DNA of 63,224 bases, filler included, from Craspedostauros australis (taxonomy: Eukaryota): assembly GCA_030167865.1 (NCBI GenBank). It is 7 parts of 7 records of this genome, joined end to end, with 100 filler letters (N's around TTAATTAATTAA, not from the genome) between each part and the next. Parts side by side here need not be neighbours in the genome. Positions count along the whole stretch, not along the records: positions 1 to 11,956 come from JALAGF010006656.1; positions 12,057 to 21,470 come from JALAGF010006657.1; 5 more parts are not named here. One strand, given 5' to 3'. Position 1 is the stretch's first letter, and each line of letters opens with the position of its first letter. A program made the translations under genes and the position numbers. Under the pieces are notes generated by a model. That model was not told the origin of the DNA and ran no database searches. It was given only the letters and a program-made list of their open reading frames with translations. Of this stretch, positions 1 to 13,472 are shown one piece after another.

Positions 1-1544
1 GAGCGGTGTGCGATGGTTCGACCAGAGGCGGGCATGCAAGAGTCTTTGGGCATACATACGCGGCGACGCCGGATCTGACTGAGTTTCGTCTCCTCTTGGC
101 GGTCGCTGCTGTCCGTGGACTCAAGGTGTATGGCTCCGATGTCACCAATGCTTTTGCGGAGGCGCCAGCAGGCAAGCAACGGTACTTCATGAACGTTGAT
201 GATCAGTACGCGTCCTGGTATCGTCACAAGTTTGGCACCGACATACCGCGAGGCCACGTCATCCCTGTCAACAAGAATTTGCAGGGCCATCCGGAGGCAC
301 CGCGACTATGGAGCAAGCACATCAATGGCATCCTCAAGGACTTGCGGTTCCTACCGACGACCCATGCTCCATGCCTCTACACAGGGTCCGTTGATGGTAC
401 TAAGGTGTTTGTGCTGCGACAGGTTGATGACTTTGCTGTGGCAGCGATCAACAAGACCGTCTTCGACAAGTTCTGCGACATGCTGGACAAGCGGCTCTTC
501 CAACCGATCACTCGTCAGGGTCTGATGGTGCACTACAATGGTCTGGACATTGCCCAAACGCAACATTATGTGCGTGTTCATTGCACTTCCTACGTCGACA
601 AAATGCTTGAGCGATACGAATGGCAAGGCATGAAGGCGACTCAGCGGCTCCCTATGCGGTTGGAGAACACGTATGTCAAGACGCTTGACAACGCCGAAGT
701 ACCGGCCACGGATGCGGAGCGCGAGAGTATCGCTGCAACGTTCAAGTTCAAGTACCGACAAGCCATTGGGGAGCTCATCTGGGCAATGATTTCTTGCCGA
801 CCGGACATTGCGTTTCCAGTGGTCAAGCTTTCTCAGTTCTCCACCAGTCCTGCGGCGGTGCACTTCGAAGGTGTGAAGTATCTCATTCGATACGTGGCGG
901 GCACTCGCGACTACGGCATCACCTACTGGCGAGTCCGACCGCTGGCGGATCTACCTGACATTCCAGCCCCACGGCCGCTTTCACCGCCTGACACCGAGGT
1001 GCATGATGCCAACCAGACGCGACCTGTTGGCGCTGCCACACTGTATGGCTTTGTCGACGCCGACTGGGGCGTGGATATTTGCCACCGCCGGTCCATTACT
1101 GGCGTGGTGAAAATGTTTGGTGGAGGTGCCATCGCATGGAAGACCAGGGTTCAGCCCACCATGTCCATGAGCAGCACCGAGGCGGAATTCATTGCAGCCA
1201 GTGACGCCGGCCGAATGGCGCTATGGCTGCGGTCGATTCTACATGAGATTGGCGTGGAGCAACAGTTCGCCACACTCATCTTCGAGGACAATCGCGGCGC
1301 AAGGCTGATGACGACAGCAAGTCAGCCTACCCGAAACTCGCGGCATATCGCAATCCGCGAGTTTGCAGTCCTTGACTGGGTGGAGCGCGATCTCTTAGCG
1401 TATCCCGACGTGCCGTCGGAGCTCAACGCATCTGATATCTGCACGAAACAGACGCCCGTCACACTGTTCTTCAGGCACATCGACCTCATTATGGGTCGCA
1501 ATGTGCCATCCTATGTGCACAGTTACAGGCGTCCGGATTTGTAA
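1..1544 (+). mobile_element. Ty1/copia (CoDi-type) pol 3' part: reverse transcriptase + RNase H, 5'-truncated by the window edge
   Basis: ORF 6..1544 has copia RT motifs (DVTNAF, LRQVDDF, CRPDIAF) and RNase H motifs (GFVDADW, SSTEAEF, IFEDN, RHIAIR, SDICTK). Confidence 0.95.
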
Positions 1545-1566
1545 CTTCCGCTGACTGCGTCAGCGT

Positions 1567-1938
1567 GGGGGGGGGTGTTGGTACACGGTCGGATGACAGA
1601 CGGAGCAGCAGCAAATCCCATGTTCACAGCCTCTGCAGAGACAATCAGAGTATCCATAATAATCTCACATCATCACACACACACAACACATCCGTATCGT
1701 CTCCCGATCATCACAGGATGACCGAGACACACCGACCAAAACAACGACCACAACAGAGGCCAACAAGATCGTCTGCGATACCCCGCCATCCGACCTCTTC
1801 CTTGCAACGCTGCCTCCGATCTCCACACAATTATGCAATACTCATACGTGTAGAGCATTATACTTGTGCATGGTACAAGTCGCCAAGCAACCTATCCAGC
1901 ATGTCATGAGAAAGACAGCAGTCACGACCATTCCAACA
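1567..1938 (+). mobile_element. Polypurine tract and probable 3' LTR of the copia element
   Basis: A G9 run (1567-1575) is followed directly by TGTTGG at 1576. A matching CCAACA ends at 1938, with an alternative at 1765, so the right end is uncertain. Confidence 0.55.
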
Positions 1939-4051
1939 GCCAAAGCCATGGCCACAACGATGGACCAATTCGAAGAACGCGACTAGCGCAGGTATGCCTC
2001 ACAAGTCACAGAGATCTTCCCATTCCGTTCATGTGCGAGCTAGAGTATCAGTACTATATGTAGAGTAAGCTATTCCACCACGACCTCCCGCAGGCATGGA
2101 CATGCGCGCATTCAGCCAGGAAGAGTCCAAGCGCAATGGCAGCGCAATGACAGCTTATTGTGTTATCACACGATCCAACGCTCGAGAGCAGTGACGAAGC
2201 CATTCATGAACCAGACTCTGAACCCAATTTGGAGATGAACATGAAAAATCACTCAGCCTCCCTGAATTGCTCAGTCGCAATCCTTCGTCACGATGGATCG
2301 CATGCATTCACGTTCGCAGTCTCTCCCGCGAGGGAGTTGTGCACTTTCAGTGCGCTTTGATGAGTGAGGCATCCATGGTCCATTGTGACACATGTTGGGT
2401 GGTGACGGTGTTGGTTCTGTGGAGGTTTCTCCGGAGCTCCTTGCGAAGATCGTGTCCGTTCCAAACGACGATGATGATGACTTCAACACTGGCGACAAAT
2501 ACGATGATGCGCAGGAGATGATCGACCGCATGGCCAGAGCGAACGAGCGATGATTTTACCATGAACCAGCTACACTGAAAGGGGCTTAGTCTCCCCGACC
2601 ATTCACGTGTCATGAAACTGTTATTGAACAACCCAGCTGAGCTCTTCGTGTATCAGGCCATGTCAGATCATCCGCCGGCGTACAAAGATGGGAGCATCGC
2701 ATCACCAGTCCGTCGAAGCTATCAAATGAATGCGATGGATTGCTTTGCTTTGTTCCTGTTGAGCTTGCGACTGCCAATGCGCTACTACCGATGCCACACT
2801 CTCTCACAACTTCATCGACTCTCTTCTGATGTTTGATCCCATCTCATCACATCATAATGAACAGTGGCATAGCGAGCATGCACGAGTCTCTCTACAGGAC
2901 GACCGCATGCAATGAAACGCACGGCGATATCTTGCTGACATGCGGTTGCATGGGAAGGGATGTCCACACCTGGTGCTCTGCAGGACTGGCCTGAAGCACA
3001 GGCAGGATCATCAAAGCGCGGCTTGCTTTTCAGGTCACCGATTTGTGTCGACAAGAGGTTGCAACCAACATCGCGCAGTTGCACGCCATGGGAACCACAC
3101 TCCGTTGTCGGAGGTGGCTGAACGTGCGCCTTCGTAGATGTTCAGCCAAATAGGGCAGCTGTGGTATGTCGAGTTGGCCGAATCAACGTACGGAATGCAA
3201 CGAAATGAGGCAAGATGGGGGGCGCAACGCATCGATAGTGATCGCCACATCCAAGTGAATCCACATCAGTCCATGATTCAACAAGCAGGCTTGTCACGGA
3301 AATGACGTCGGCGCATAAACTGATCACAGCAGTTCTGTACTATTCAAATCTTGGTCATACTTGTGTGAGTAACTCGTAGAGTAACTTGTAGACTGGTGCT
3401 GCCGATCCTGACCTTGACATCGAAGATGATGGGATCGGTGTTGCATTTCTGGACGCAGCGCCGTCCAGGTCTCTAGCTTCATTTCACAGCCTTTTTCTGT
3501 GGTTTGAATTACTCACGAGTGCAAGTATCATACACGACTGGGTAACCACCGAGAGAAGCTAATTTTGGGTCAACGGTCGCCCAATGTGCAAAACAGAACA
3601 CAATCACTGTCATAGTCCATGGGATCGTACTCATCACAACATCAACAACAGCAAAGGCAGCACCAACACAGACATCAAGCCAGATACTCTCTCTCTCTCT
3701 CTCTCTTTCGAGTGTCATTGCCAGCATCAGAGCGGCGACGATTGACGGTTGAATCAAGATCGAGATCGAGTGATCTTGGACATCTATTGTACAACCCTCC
3801 AACGATCTTGTCACATCTGTGCCTCCCATCAAATTTCTCTTTCGGTGGATCAGCAATCGAAGAAACGAGCACGGTTGCATTGGTCCCTCCCCTCCGCCCG
3901 CACTGTCGTCGACCTTTCGTCGTTCTGCATGCAGCAATCACAAGAGAAATCACTTGAGGAGACAGCAGATTGGGAGAGTGAGGCACAGCACACAACGAGC
4001 ACACCACCAAGCCAGAATCCCATCGCGGCCTTCATCACCTTTGTCGTCACG

Positions 4052-6659
4052 ATGAACAGCCGCAGCCACATCAGAAGCAATCAAGCATTGGCGGCGATCT
4101 TCGGCTTCACGATCATCCTCACGGCGATCACTGATATCACAGCAACGGCGACGGCTACAACGACAACGACGGGGAGTGGCCAATCGATCAGCAACGATGA
4201 CATTCCGTACGGATTCGATTGCTCCTTCGCCATCATGTCAACAGATCTGTCCAACTGCCCACGAGATTTGGGTGACAAGGGCGCGTTCTACAAGGATTAC
4301 ATGGATGGATGCCGAGCTAAGTTCGGGGAGAACTGCGACGTCAACGAAGATGATCGCATTGCCAAGAACATACGGCAGCCTGCGTCGTTGAAGGTACGTA
4401 CTCGTAGAGTGTGCGATCATCTGGGCTCCATTTGTGTTGCGGCTGCGGTTACTTGGTTCGATTTCATGCACTCCATGGCGGATGGCTTGGAGCACTCTAT
4501 TTTGTGGCGACTTTTCAACGTGCCGTCGTACGTACGATCTACGAGTACTCACGCACCTCATCAATCGCATTGGTGATCCCAAGCATTCACATTCACATTC
4601 GCATCTACATCCATTTGCAGAATTTCACAGACACAGGTTTCATGAAGATCCGTGCGCCAGACAATGTCGTTGAGCTGATCAAGAACTTTTGGGAGAAGAA
4701 CAAGGATCACAGATCTGAGGAGGAATGGTTGCCTGGCAATATTCACACCAATCACTGGGCGATGCCGACAGTAAGTCAACTTTGGAGCGATGGGCTGTGG
4801 ATGGACCAGAAGATCATCCGTCACTATCATGTGCGCCAAATATATCCAGAGAGTACTTTGCGCTGTGCCGCTTGCATCAAGCACTCAATTCGTCATGCCG
4901 CTTCTACACATCGTCGTATTCTGGAAACATCCGTCCACAATTGCAACGTTCATTGCTGCGCCACGATCAGGACTTCGTATCTGTCGAGGACGAAGAATTG
5001 GAAGGTGGCGGGTGGGACTTGTCGAGTGCTATCGCCGATGCAGCGAAGGCCACCATCGAAGAGTGGACGGGGATGAAACAGCGGATGTCGAGCGTGTACG
5101 GCGTGCGAGTCTATAATGAGGGAGCAGTGTTGAGTCCGCACTGCGACCGCATGCCATTGATCTCCTCGGCCATCGTCAACGTCGCGCAGGATGTCGATGA
5201 AGACTGGCCAATCGAGGTGTATGGCCACGATGGCATTGCCGTGAACGTCACTATGAAGCCAGGCGATATGGTCCTGTACGAGTCCGGCACAATCATCCAT
5301 GGGGTACGTACGAGTGTGGACGCTGACGTTGCTTTGCACTGCAACAAGTGACTGAATTGGATTGGATTGGAATTGCTATCCTTGAATGGTGCAGGAGTTG
5401 AGTACAATCGGATTGAAAACGAGATACTCTCATGACATCAATCAACTCACCGAACCTCTTTGGATGACGCTGTATACTGCTCTGCCTTCCGTTCCTCTCT
5501 GCGTTCGATCCGCCTTGACTATTTGAAACCCACAGCGGCCGTTCCCATTGAAAGGTCGGTACTACGCGAACGTCTTCATTCACTTCGAACCAACCGGTTT
5601 CATGGACGGCAGTCCATTCTTGAACATACAAGATCCGGATCTCCCTCCATACATCCAAGCGGGCTCTGCCGAAGCCGATTACCAGCATGAAGAGTACCTT
5701 GATGTAAGTTGGCTGCGAATCGACACTCGATCGATTCGATCGTTTCCCTCTGAAGCACGCTACCTTTCCTCCCGGTTTCCATCATACTCGTGCGCACATG
5801 ACTTGGAGGACCACAGACTTGAAAAGCACCTCCGATGGATCAAACTCACCAGTGCCTCTCGCTCCCTCTCTCCTTCGGCGTATCCCCAACCATCCACGTG
5901 CTCGATCACCGAACGTTTCAGTGGCGGCAAAAACATGAATGTGCGCACGGCGGAGCCCATGAAGCGGTTTGTGAGGGCGACATCGACACTCTTCGCGAGT
6001 ACGTAGAAGAGGACGCGAATCACCTACATGTTTTGGACGCAGACGGTTGGGCGGTAAGTCCTTTGTGCTGCTGTTATGGGTATTCCATTGCTGTTGACGT
6101 GGCGTTGAAACGGCGTCATTTGTGTTTTTGTGCTGTCACATCATGCTGATGCAGACCAGTGTTCTCAGCACCAACGTGAATTGCATCTTCATTTCTCAAT
6201 CCAACCATCGAATGCATCATTGGACCGCATGATCACCATGGCATGCTCTACCGTTTTGTGACTCAAACTCAACGATGTGCGAAGCCGATCCATGAAGCAG
6301 CTCGTGTTGGCGACATTGAAATAATGAAGCTGTTGGTCGAACACGGCGGTCAAGTGAACAGCCAGAATGACTTTGGCCGAGGACTATCTCCGTTATCCCT
6401 CGCCATCAAGCACAATGGCCCAGATCACGAGCTAGTGAAGTACCTGTACGAGATCAAGGCCGAGGCCCACACGTGGGAACCAAACAATGAGTTCTACGAA
6501 GAAGATGAGTATGACAATGAGAATTCGTATGATGATGGTGAGTATGATGATGAGGACGAGGACGACGAAGAATATGAAGGAGAAGACGAAGAGGAGGATG
6601 AGGAAGATGATGACGACGACGAAGAAGAAGAAGATGAGGACAGCCATGAAGAGCTGTAG
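4052..6659 (+). CDS. ER-luminal 2OG-Fe(II) oxygenase-like + ankyrin protein, paralog 1 (~499 aa, ends HEEL)
   Basis: Exons 4052-4393, 4621-4770, 4971-5303, 5536-5703, 5922-6053 and 6285-6659 with GT-AG introns. Hydrophobic N-terminus, HCD...H...R motif (SPHCDR...IIHGRPFP), ankyrin PIHEAAR, acidic tail, HEEL. Confidence 0.85.
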
Positions 6660-7250
6660 CGGTGGGTGACCGAGCGTTGATACATCAAGTTTCACCAAGC
6701 TGCTTCCCCGGAATAACATCAAGCCGACAAGCTTCGTTTCACAATCGATCAACTGCGCCAAACGAAGAGAATGCAGTTGTCGCAATGATTCTCACAATTT
6801 TATAGAATAACAATGAGGGCTGGTCCTGCGTGCTCTACCAGATCGTCTCTATGGCGCCGTTGTTGTGCCATCTCCGAACGAATGAATCGCTTGCCTCGTG
6901 TCGGTAGTTAGATGGTGGACGATGAGATGATTCCAACAACACATCACGATTCGACTTGATTGACTTTACGGGATTGATTGATTCACGAACGCAACGACGG
7001 CTTCGGATTTCAAATTCAAAAATTGGCAATGACCGCAAATCAACGGCGATGGCACCAACACGAACAATTACGAGAGAAGAGAAGAAAGAAAGAAGCAACG
7101 ATGGTGGCATCTCCCGATCTCCTTTCTTTGCTATCCCCACTCTCTGCACAATTCGTATGGTTGGCGCCATGTCACACCCTGAGCACGTCGCATTCATGTG
7201 GGGAGACAGTAGCACCACAAGAGCAAGCTCAACAGAGAAGATCCGGCTCT

Positions 7251-7282
<32 letters not shown>

Positions 7283-7428
7283 CGAAGAGGTGGCAACTCC
7301 AGAGAGGAACGAGCAACAATCAGCCACTTGCCAGTCTTTCCGATCGAAGGACATCGAGTTTGAGAAGGTCAGGGTCGTTGATGTCGCAGACACCGCAACT
7401 GGATCATCAGTCAGCGGCAGCATCACCA

Positions 7429-10054
7429 ATGTCGAAATCAGTCATGCAAGCGTCACTGAGATGCAACTGTATCAAGCGATCAGTTAGGTTAGCCATCATT
7501 TTGGCAACTGCTTTGGTGTCCAACTGGGTGGCTGCTGCAGCATCAGCATCAGCGCAGATGCCATCGCAAGGTACTGCAGACGGTCCAGATGGAAAGCGAT
7601 ATGGCTTCGACTGCTCGTATCCAGTCTTCTCGACCGACCTGTCAAAGTGTGCGCAAGATTTGGGCGACAAGGCAAAGTTCTACAAGGAATATATGGATGG
7701 ATGTCGCAAAGTGCATGGTGAGATATGCGATGAGAATGAGGTGGAACGACTCGAAGACAATGCCCGTCAGCCGATGTCGATACGGGTGAGTGGACTTGCA
7801 GGATGCTTCGTGCTCTACGTCTGCGTTCATGTTCACATTGTGTGCGTTGCCATGGCTGCTGCTGTTGTTGCTGCTGTTGTTGCTGGAGCATGTGAGTGAG
7901 TCTATCGGGGAGGTCTGCGGGAAGTGCCGCAGGAATGTGTTGCCCTTGATGTACAACTCTCCTCAACATCCTCATATTCATGGCATGACATTTCATTTCA
8001 CTTCATTCATGTTCATCACTTGCCACCACGACCGCAGAACTTCACGGAGACGGGGTATCTCAAAATCCGAGCACCGAGCGAGGTTGTGGAGTTAGTCAAC
8101 ATGTTTTGGGAGAAGAACAAGCACCGAAGGCATGAAGAGGAAAGAAATATGAGCGACATCTACACGAATAACTGGGAGAGCCCAACGGTGAGTGACGAAG
8201 TGCAAAGTGGGAGGCATCGCCTGTGAGACAGGCATGCTCGTACGAGTAGCGAGTGGATAGCGAGCGGATAGTGTGGGATAGAACCATTCAGCGCAGCTGA
8301 CCAAATCCAACTCAATGAAATCTACTATCCTCCTCCGATTTGATTCCATTGCACCGAATATCATCATGTGCACACAAGGAAATGGTGAGCATCGACAACG
8401 ATGACCTCGAAGGTGGTGGATACACACTCCAGAAGGCCGTTGCCGAAGCTGCGCAAAGAACGATCGAAGAATGGACAGGGATGAAGCAGCAGATGTTCGG
8501 CGTCTACGGCGTGCGCGTCTACAACGAAGGTGCCGTGCTCATCCCGCACTGCGACACCTTGCCCCGCATCTCATCCGCGATTGTGAACGTCGCGCAAGAT
8601 GTTGATGAAGCCTGGCCTCTCGAAGTGTACGGCCGCGATGGGTTGGCAGTGAACATCACGATGGAGCCTGGCGAGATGATCCTGTACGAGTCCGCCACGG
8701 TTGTCCATGGCGTGAGTATCGTGCGGATTCGAATGTGAACGCGGCTGCAGATGTGTTGTTTGACCGAGCACTAAATGAAGCGGCAGAAACTATGGTTGAT
8801 GCTCCAGTGGTCGACAAGCGATGACCGAAGGGAGGGGACTTGACTTTTGCTGAATCGTTACGCCCGCTCTGGCTCACAACTATCATATCATACCATACCA
8901 TATCATACCATCGTGCTTTGTTCCTCCTATCAACTCTACTCGTACATACCGGCCATCACATCCATTTGCGCGATGAATCAGCGACCGTTCCCGCTGAAGG
9001 GCAGATACTACGCCAACATCTTCATCCATTTCGAACCAATCAGCTTCGTTGATGGACGGCCGTTTGTGAATATCGAGGATCCTGACCTTCCGCCGTACAT
9101 CATCGCTGGATCTCCCGAAGGTCAATACCAGCGCGAGGAGTACCTCGATGTAAGTGTTCGCGGACTCTGCGAGCTGATGACGGCTTGGTGATGAAGAATG
9201 GTGCTGCGATGAGCGTGGATGTGATCGTGCTCGGCGATTGTAAGTGCGGTCTCCATGGCACTTGCTTTGACCAAACCACCATACTCACACTCTGCATGCG
9301 TACCTACTTCTATCTCCATTCTGGGTGTGCATGACTCCGCTGCGATAGAGCCGACAAGATCACAACTGCTCAGAAACACAGGTCCATGCGGCTGTCTGTG
9401 ACGGTGACATGGATGCTCTCCGTCGATTCGCGAAGGATGACATCGAAAGCCTTCATGCGTTCGACAAAGATGGCTGGGAGGTGAGTATTAGTGCTTCTAC
9501 GGCTGCAAAACCCCATCGTTCAAACCGGCATCCCTCTGTCCTTGAGCCTATTCTTCTCCCCTTGAGCCTCCACTTGTGGGTGCTCACATGCTCTATTCCC
9601 GTCTTGCGTATCTGATCACCGATTTCGCCTCTACTTCTTTGCGATGGAATGAAACGGAACGCACATGCACTCGTACTATGTACCAATCCATTCGCAGCCG
9701 ATCCACGAGGCGGCACGGATGGGACGCACCGATGTTGTCGAGTTCCTGATACAACACGATGCAGATGTGAACAGCCAGCATGATTTCGGGAGAGGTCTGT
9801 CTCCGCTGTCTATCGCCATCAAATACAACGGCGTGAATCATGAGATAGTGGAGTACTTACAAAGTGTTGGCGCAGAGGGTCGTTGGTGGGAGCCAAACGA
9901 CGATTCCCACGACTTGGAGGATGAAGAATACCAGGACGAATACGTCTACGGATACGACTATGAATATGTGTACTATGATGAAGACGGAACTGATGACGAC
10001 GACGAGGAACATGACAGCAGTGCACCAAGCGACAACATGAAAGACGAGCTGTGA
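7429..10054 (+). CDS. ER-luminal 2OG-Fe(II) oxygenase-like + ankyrin protein, paralog 2 (~498 aa, ends KDEL)
   Basis: Exons 7429-7785, 8038-8187, 8379-8711, 8982-9149, 9349-9480 and 9698-10054. Internal exon lengths (150/333/168/132) match paralog 1. Motifs IPHCDT...VVHGRPFP; ends KDEL. The start could instead be the ATG at 7381. Confidence 0.85.
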
Positions 10055-10311
10055 CATGGACATGAACTTGGACTGCGCATCGTGGATGGGCCAAAGCTCG
10101 AAGACAGTTTTTGGGGCATGGTGGACACAGTCGAATGGATGTTTGTACCATACAGCTGCTCAATGGCAAGACATCGCGGAGTGGTTGTGCACAATTGCTT
10201 TGCTTTGGTCTGCCCTGCTCTACTCTATCTGTTCATCACTTCCTTGTACTCTAGTTTAGCCTACGTATTTTACTAGACTCTGCTGCGCATGCCTCTTGCC
10301 ATTATTCTAAT

Positions 10312-11940
10312 CTAACCCAGCGCCGAATCCGGCAAACGTTGGCACTGCAAGTCCGACTTGCCTGTGTCCACCATGAACGCATGGATGTGGTTCAGCGCAC
10401 CCTCGAATGAAAAATGGCTTTCTCGATACGATAGAATTCGTTGCTCTGTTTCTTCGATGTTGGCCAATGTCCACGAGCCGTGTTGCGACGACGACGACGA
10501 TGTTGATGTTGGTGTTGACGAAAGCGAGGTCAACAGGACGTTGCGCATAAGATTCTCGACTTCATCATAACGCACTGCGATCGCCAACTGCTCCCGTTGC
10601 ATGAAGTCAAGGTACGGAACCCACGGGACATCGCGATACACATGGATCGGGATCAAGCCCATCTGCAGGGCCTCGATGAAATGGTACGACGTCCTCCCAA
10701 AGCCACGAGGGCACAGCGAGAAGCAAGATCTGGCCATGAACTCCCTCCACGCGTGGCCTTTGTAGTAGGAGAATATCCTGAGCTTGCTCTTGTTGATGGC
10801 ATTCGCCATTGGATCTTCATCGAGTGCCTGCAGGCCTTTGATGAGGTTCTCTCTCATCATCGCTGGGGCGTTGGTGTCGCCTCCGACGTACGTTGCGACG
10901 AAGGTGCGGTTTGTTGGGTGTTTGCGCAACGGGCGCGGCACTTCGCTGGGCAAACCGTAAGCTGGCGGCGGCGCGGTTGCTTGTGTGGATGATGAATGAG
11001 TGACCAGCGCATCTTCAGCCTGCTTGAGCAACGGAACAGGAACATGGCCGTATCCACCAGCCGACAACACGAGCACGTTGGGCATTGCAGCCATGTTGAG
11101 ATTGACCACGGTAGCCTTCAAGCCCTGGGCGTTCTGCACGAGCAGGATGTACGGCACATTCGGCCGCATTTTGCGTTGCAACAGCGGCCACAGCCGGCGG
11201 ACATCCGGCACATGCATATTGACGGAGAGTAGTTGCCTGTTGACGTAATGATCCGTCCAAGGCACCAGAATGGGAATGTACGGCCCGAATACTTCCTGCA
11301 GGCAGAAATGAGACGCTCCTGGCGACGCCGACACCTCGTCCATTCGCTTGTCGTACATGGATTCGAGATGAGTGATGAAATGATTCTCAATCCACGGTCC
11401 TGCGTAGCCTCCCCAATCGTGATACTTGTGCCCGCCATGCTGCGCCCATTGGGAAGCGATCATCCGAAGCTCGTTGAAGTGTGCATGAGCATCGGCGATG
11501 GGATACACCAGCGATTCGGATGTCATCCGCGGTGCGCTCTTCCTGAGACAGTCGAATGCCGGGCCGACCAGCGCGGAGATCCTGGATTGCACGTTGGGAT
11601 CCGCCGAGCAGCGACGGTCCAGATCCGGGGACCGATTCAAGGCCCTCTGCACCTTCTCCTTGTATCGCTGCAGCGGCGCATGACCCGCCTGCCTGGTTCT
11701 GATGCGGCTTCCTGGCCGGGCTTTTGCTGCGGCTGGGGCGCTTCGAGATGCCGCGCTCACGTTCATGACGATCGTTGGCATTGAATCGTCAAACGTCTTG
11801 TCCATGGCCACCAGCGGCAGATCCGATTTGAGGAGGATGCAGATCACGATGGAACCGATCCAGACGAACAGCAGAAGCGGCCGATAGTTCTGCCCATGCT
11901 GCTGCGTGGATCCGAGAGGTCTGGAGTTGGCAGTGGACAC
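10312..11940 (-). CDS. Exostosin-like GT47 glycosyltransferase, type II membrane protein; 5' end runs into a linker
   Basis: N-terminal TM (LLLFVWIGSIVICILL) and the GT47 signature FSLCPRGFGRTSYHFIEALQMGLIPI. Confidence 0.75.
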   Translation of the reverse strand: MSTANSRPLGSTQQHGQNYRPLLLFVWIGSIVICILLKSDLPLVAMDKTFDDSMPTIVMNVSAASRSAPAAAKARPGSRIRTRQAGHAPLQRYKEKVQRALNRSPDLDRRCSADPNVQSRISALVGPAFDCLRKSAPRMTSESLVYPIADAHAHFNELRMIASQWAQHGGHKYHDWGGYAGPWIENHFITHLESMYDKRMDEVSASPGASHFCLQEVFGPYIPILVPWTDHYVNRQLLSVNMHVPDVRRLWPLLQRKMRPNVPYILLVQNAQGLKATVVNLNMAAMPNVLVLSAGGYGHVPVPLLKQAEDALVTHSSSTQATAPPPAYGLPSEVPRPLRKHPTNRTFVATYVGGDTNAPAMMRENLIKGLQALDEDPMANAINKSKLRIFSYYKGHAWREFMARSCFSLCPRGFGRTSYHFIEALQMGLIPIHVYRDVPWVPYLDFMQREQLAIAVRYDEVENLMRNVLLTSLSSTPTSTSSSSSQHGSWTLANIEETEQRILSYRESHFSFEGALNHIHAFMVDTGKSDLQCQRLPDSALG

Positions 11941-11956
11941 CGATGTTTCGGTTGCC

Positions 11957-12056
11957 NNNNNNNNNNNNNNNNNNNNNNNNNNNNNNNNNNNNNNNNNNNN
12001 TTAATTAATTAANNNNNNNNNNNNNNNNNNNNNNNNNNNNNNNNNNNNNNNNNNNN
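11957..12056. other. Artificial contig linker (same at 21471-21570, 30297-30395, 43056-43155, 47156-47255, 59235-59334)
   Basis: N44 + TTAATTAATTAA (stops in all six frames) + N44, repeated six times. Confidence 0.97.
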
Positions 12057-13472
12057 TGACGAGGTGCGGAAGGCGATGACGACGTCGGCTTGCCGACTGC
12101 GATCGGACTTCGTCTGCATGGCCAGGCGTAGCAGTACTGCGCCCGTGTTTGGTGGGAGGTCGTTGTTGCTGGCGTCTCGTGGGTCGAGAATGGTGACATC
12201 CGACCACGAGATACCGAAGGTTTCCGCCGCCCGTAGCCATCCCAGCCAGCCCATGAGGTTGATGACGCCCGCCATTGCTGCTGTCCGCCGCTGTTGTGGT
12301 GTGACTGCATGTTGGTATTGGTGGAGGAAGCTTCGGTCCATGAAGTGGACGTGACGAGAGAGCAAGGCGACCGAAGGTCGTGAGTCTTCGCCGAGTCGCG
12401 TGCGCATGCCCTGTGTCAGCATCGAATACCCGAGATGGTCCGTCGGGAGGCATGTGTCGACGGTGATGGGTCGCTGCTTGGCGTCGAGCATGGCGCGTTC
12501 GGGATGCGCGATGCACATATTCCACATGCCAAAGGCCGATGCCGCGCTGCGTAGCCCACGTACGGTGCTGAACTTGATGGCCTGGGCGTCGAGTGCGTTC
12601 TTGCAAGAGGGCGTCTGCGTGGCGTAGTGCTCCTGCACCCACATGATCGGGATCGTGTCGGAGCAGGGTGGCGATTGGATGTCGGGCGGTTGCATAGTCG
12701 GGATGCCATATTGCAGACCGAACTTGCGCAACACTTGAATCTTGCTGCTGTATGTGGTGAGTGTGCCGGCTGCCCAGTTGTGTGCCATGTCGATGATGCG
12801 CATGCGTTCTAGGCGGAGGAGGTGATAGTCTGTGGGGCTGGAGACCAGTTCCCGCTGGAGGTGCACTCGGACCGTGCATGCCTCACAGACAAAGAGACCC
12901 AGTATGCTGAGGTTGGGTGGCAGCACCAGACCTTTATGATTGCGGAGGCGCGTGCGGAAGGGAGGTCCGACTCGACAGCACAGTTTGTGGTATCGGGTGT
13001 AACATGGCTGGTAGGAGATACCGCCGTGAGTGAACCCAATGTCGGCGAAGTGACACTGGTGCGCGGCGGTGCGCCGATTGATACTCCTAGCACAGCCCGT
13101 GCAAACGCTCGGCGATCCGTTGGTGATGCCGCCGATTCCGGGAGCGGGGAGCAAAGTCCAATCTGGGAGGCGTGAGGGAACGAGTGTGTGGAGAGACGCG
13201 GAGGAGGAGGTTAGGAATGTTGAGAGGCGAAGAAGAAGAGAGAGAGAGACAGGTCGTCGTTGGTGAACACCCCAACCCGGATGAGATGACGTGAGAGTCG
13301 GACGAAAGTGCGTTGGAGCACTCTGGGGACGAGGATGACGAATCCGGTATCCAATGGTTGCTCCGCCCAGCATCCCAGCAGGAAGTAGATCAGCTGATAG
13401 GCCAGTTCTGGCGGCGGCGCCCACAGGGTGATGCAGTTCATGCAGCCCTCTGGGCTCCATGGGCGGTCCCAT
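12057..13472 (-). CDS. Tyrosine recombinase with N-terminal PHD-like zinc finger (C-terminus truncated)
   Basis: GWLGWLRAAETFGISWSDV (catalytic Arg box) and QTKSDR (catalytic Lys), preceded by WAAGTLTTYSSK and KFSTVRGLRSA (core-binding domain). Cys/His pattern CTGC..C..C...YHKLC..FVCEAC. Confidence 0.8.

Noticed and set aside
2160..3330. Short coding-like fragments (also 22740-23290 and 29000-30290)
   Set aside because: Interrupted, with no recognisable motif; no gene call can be supported.
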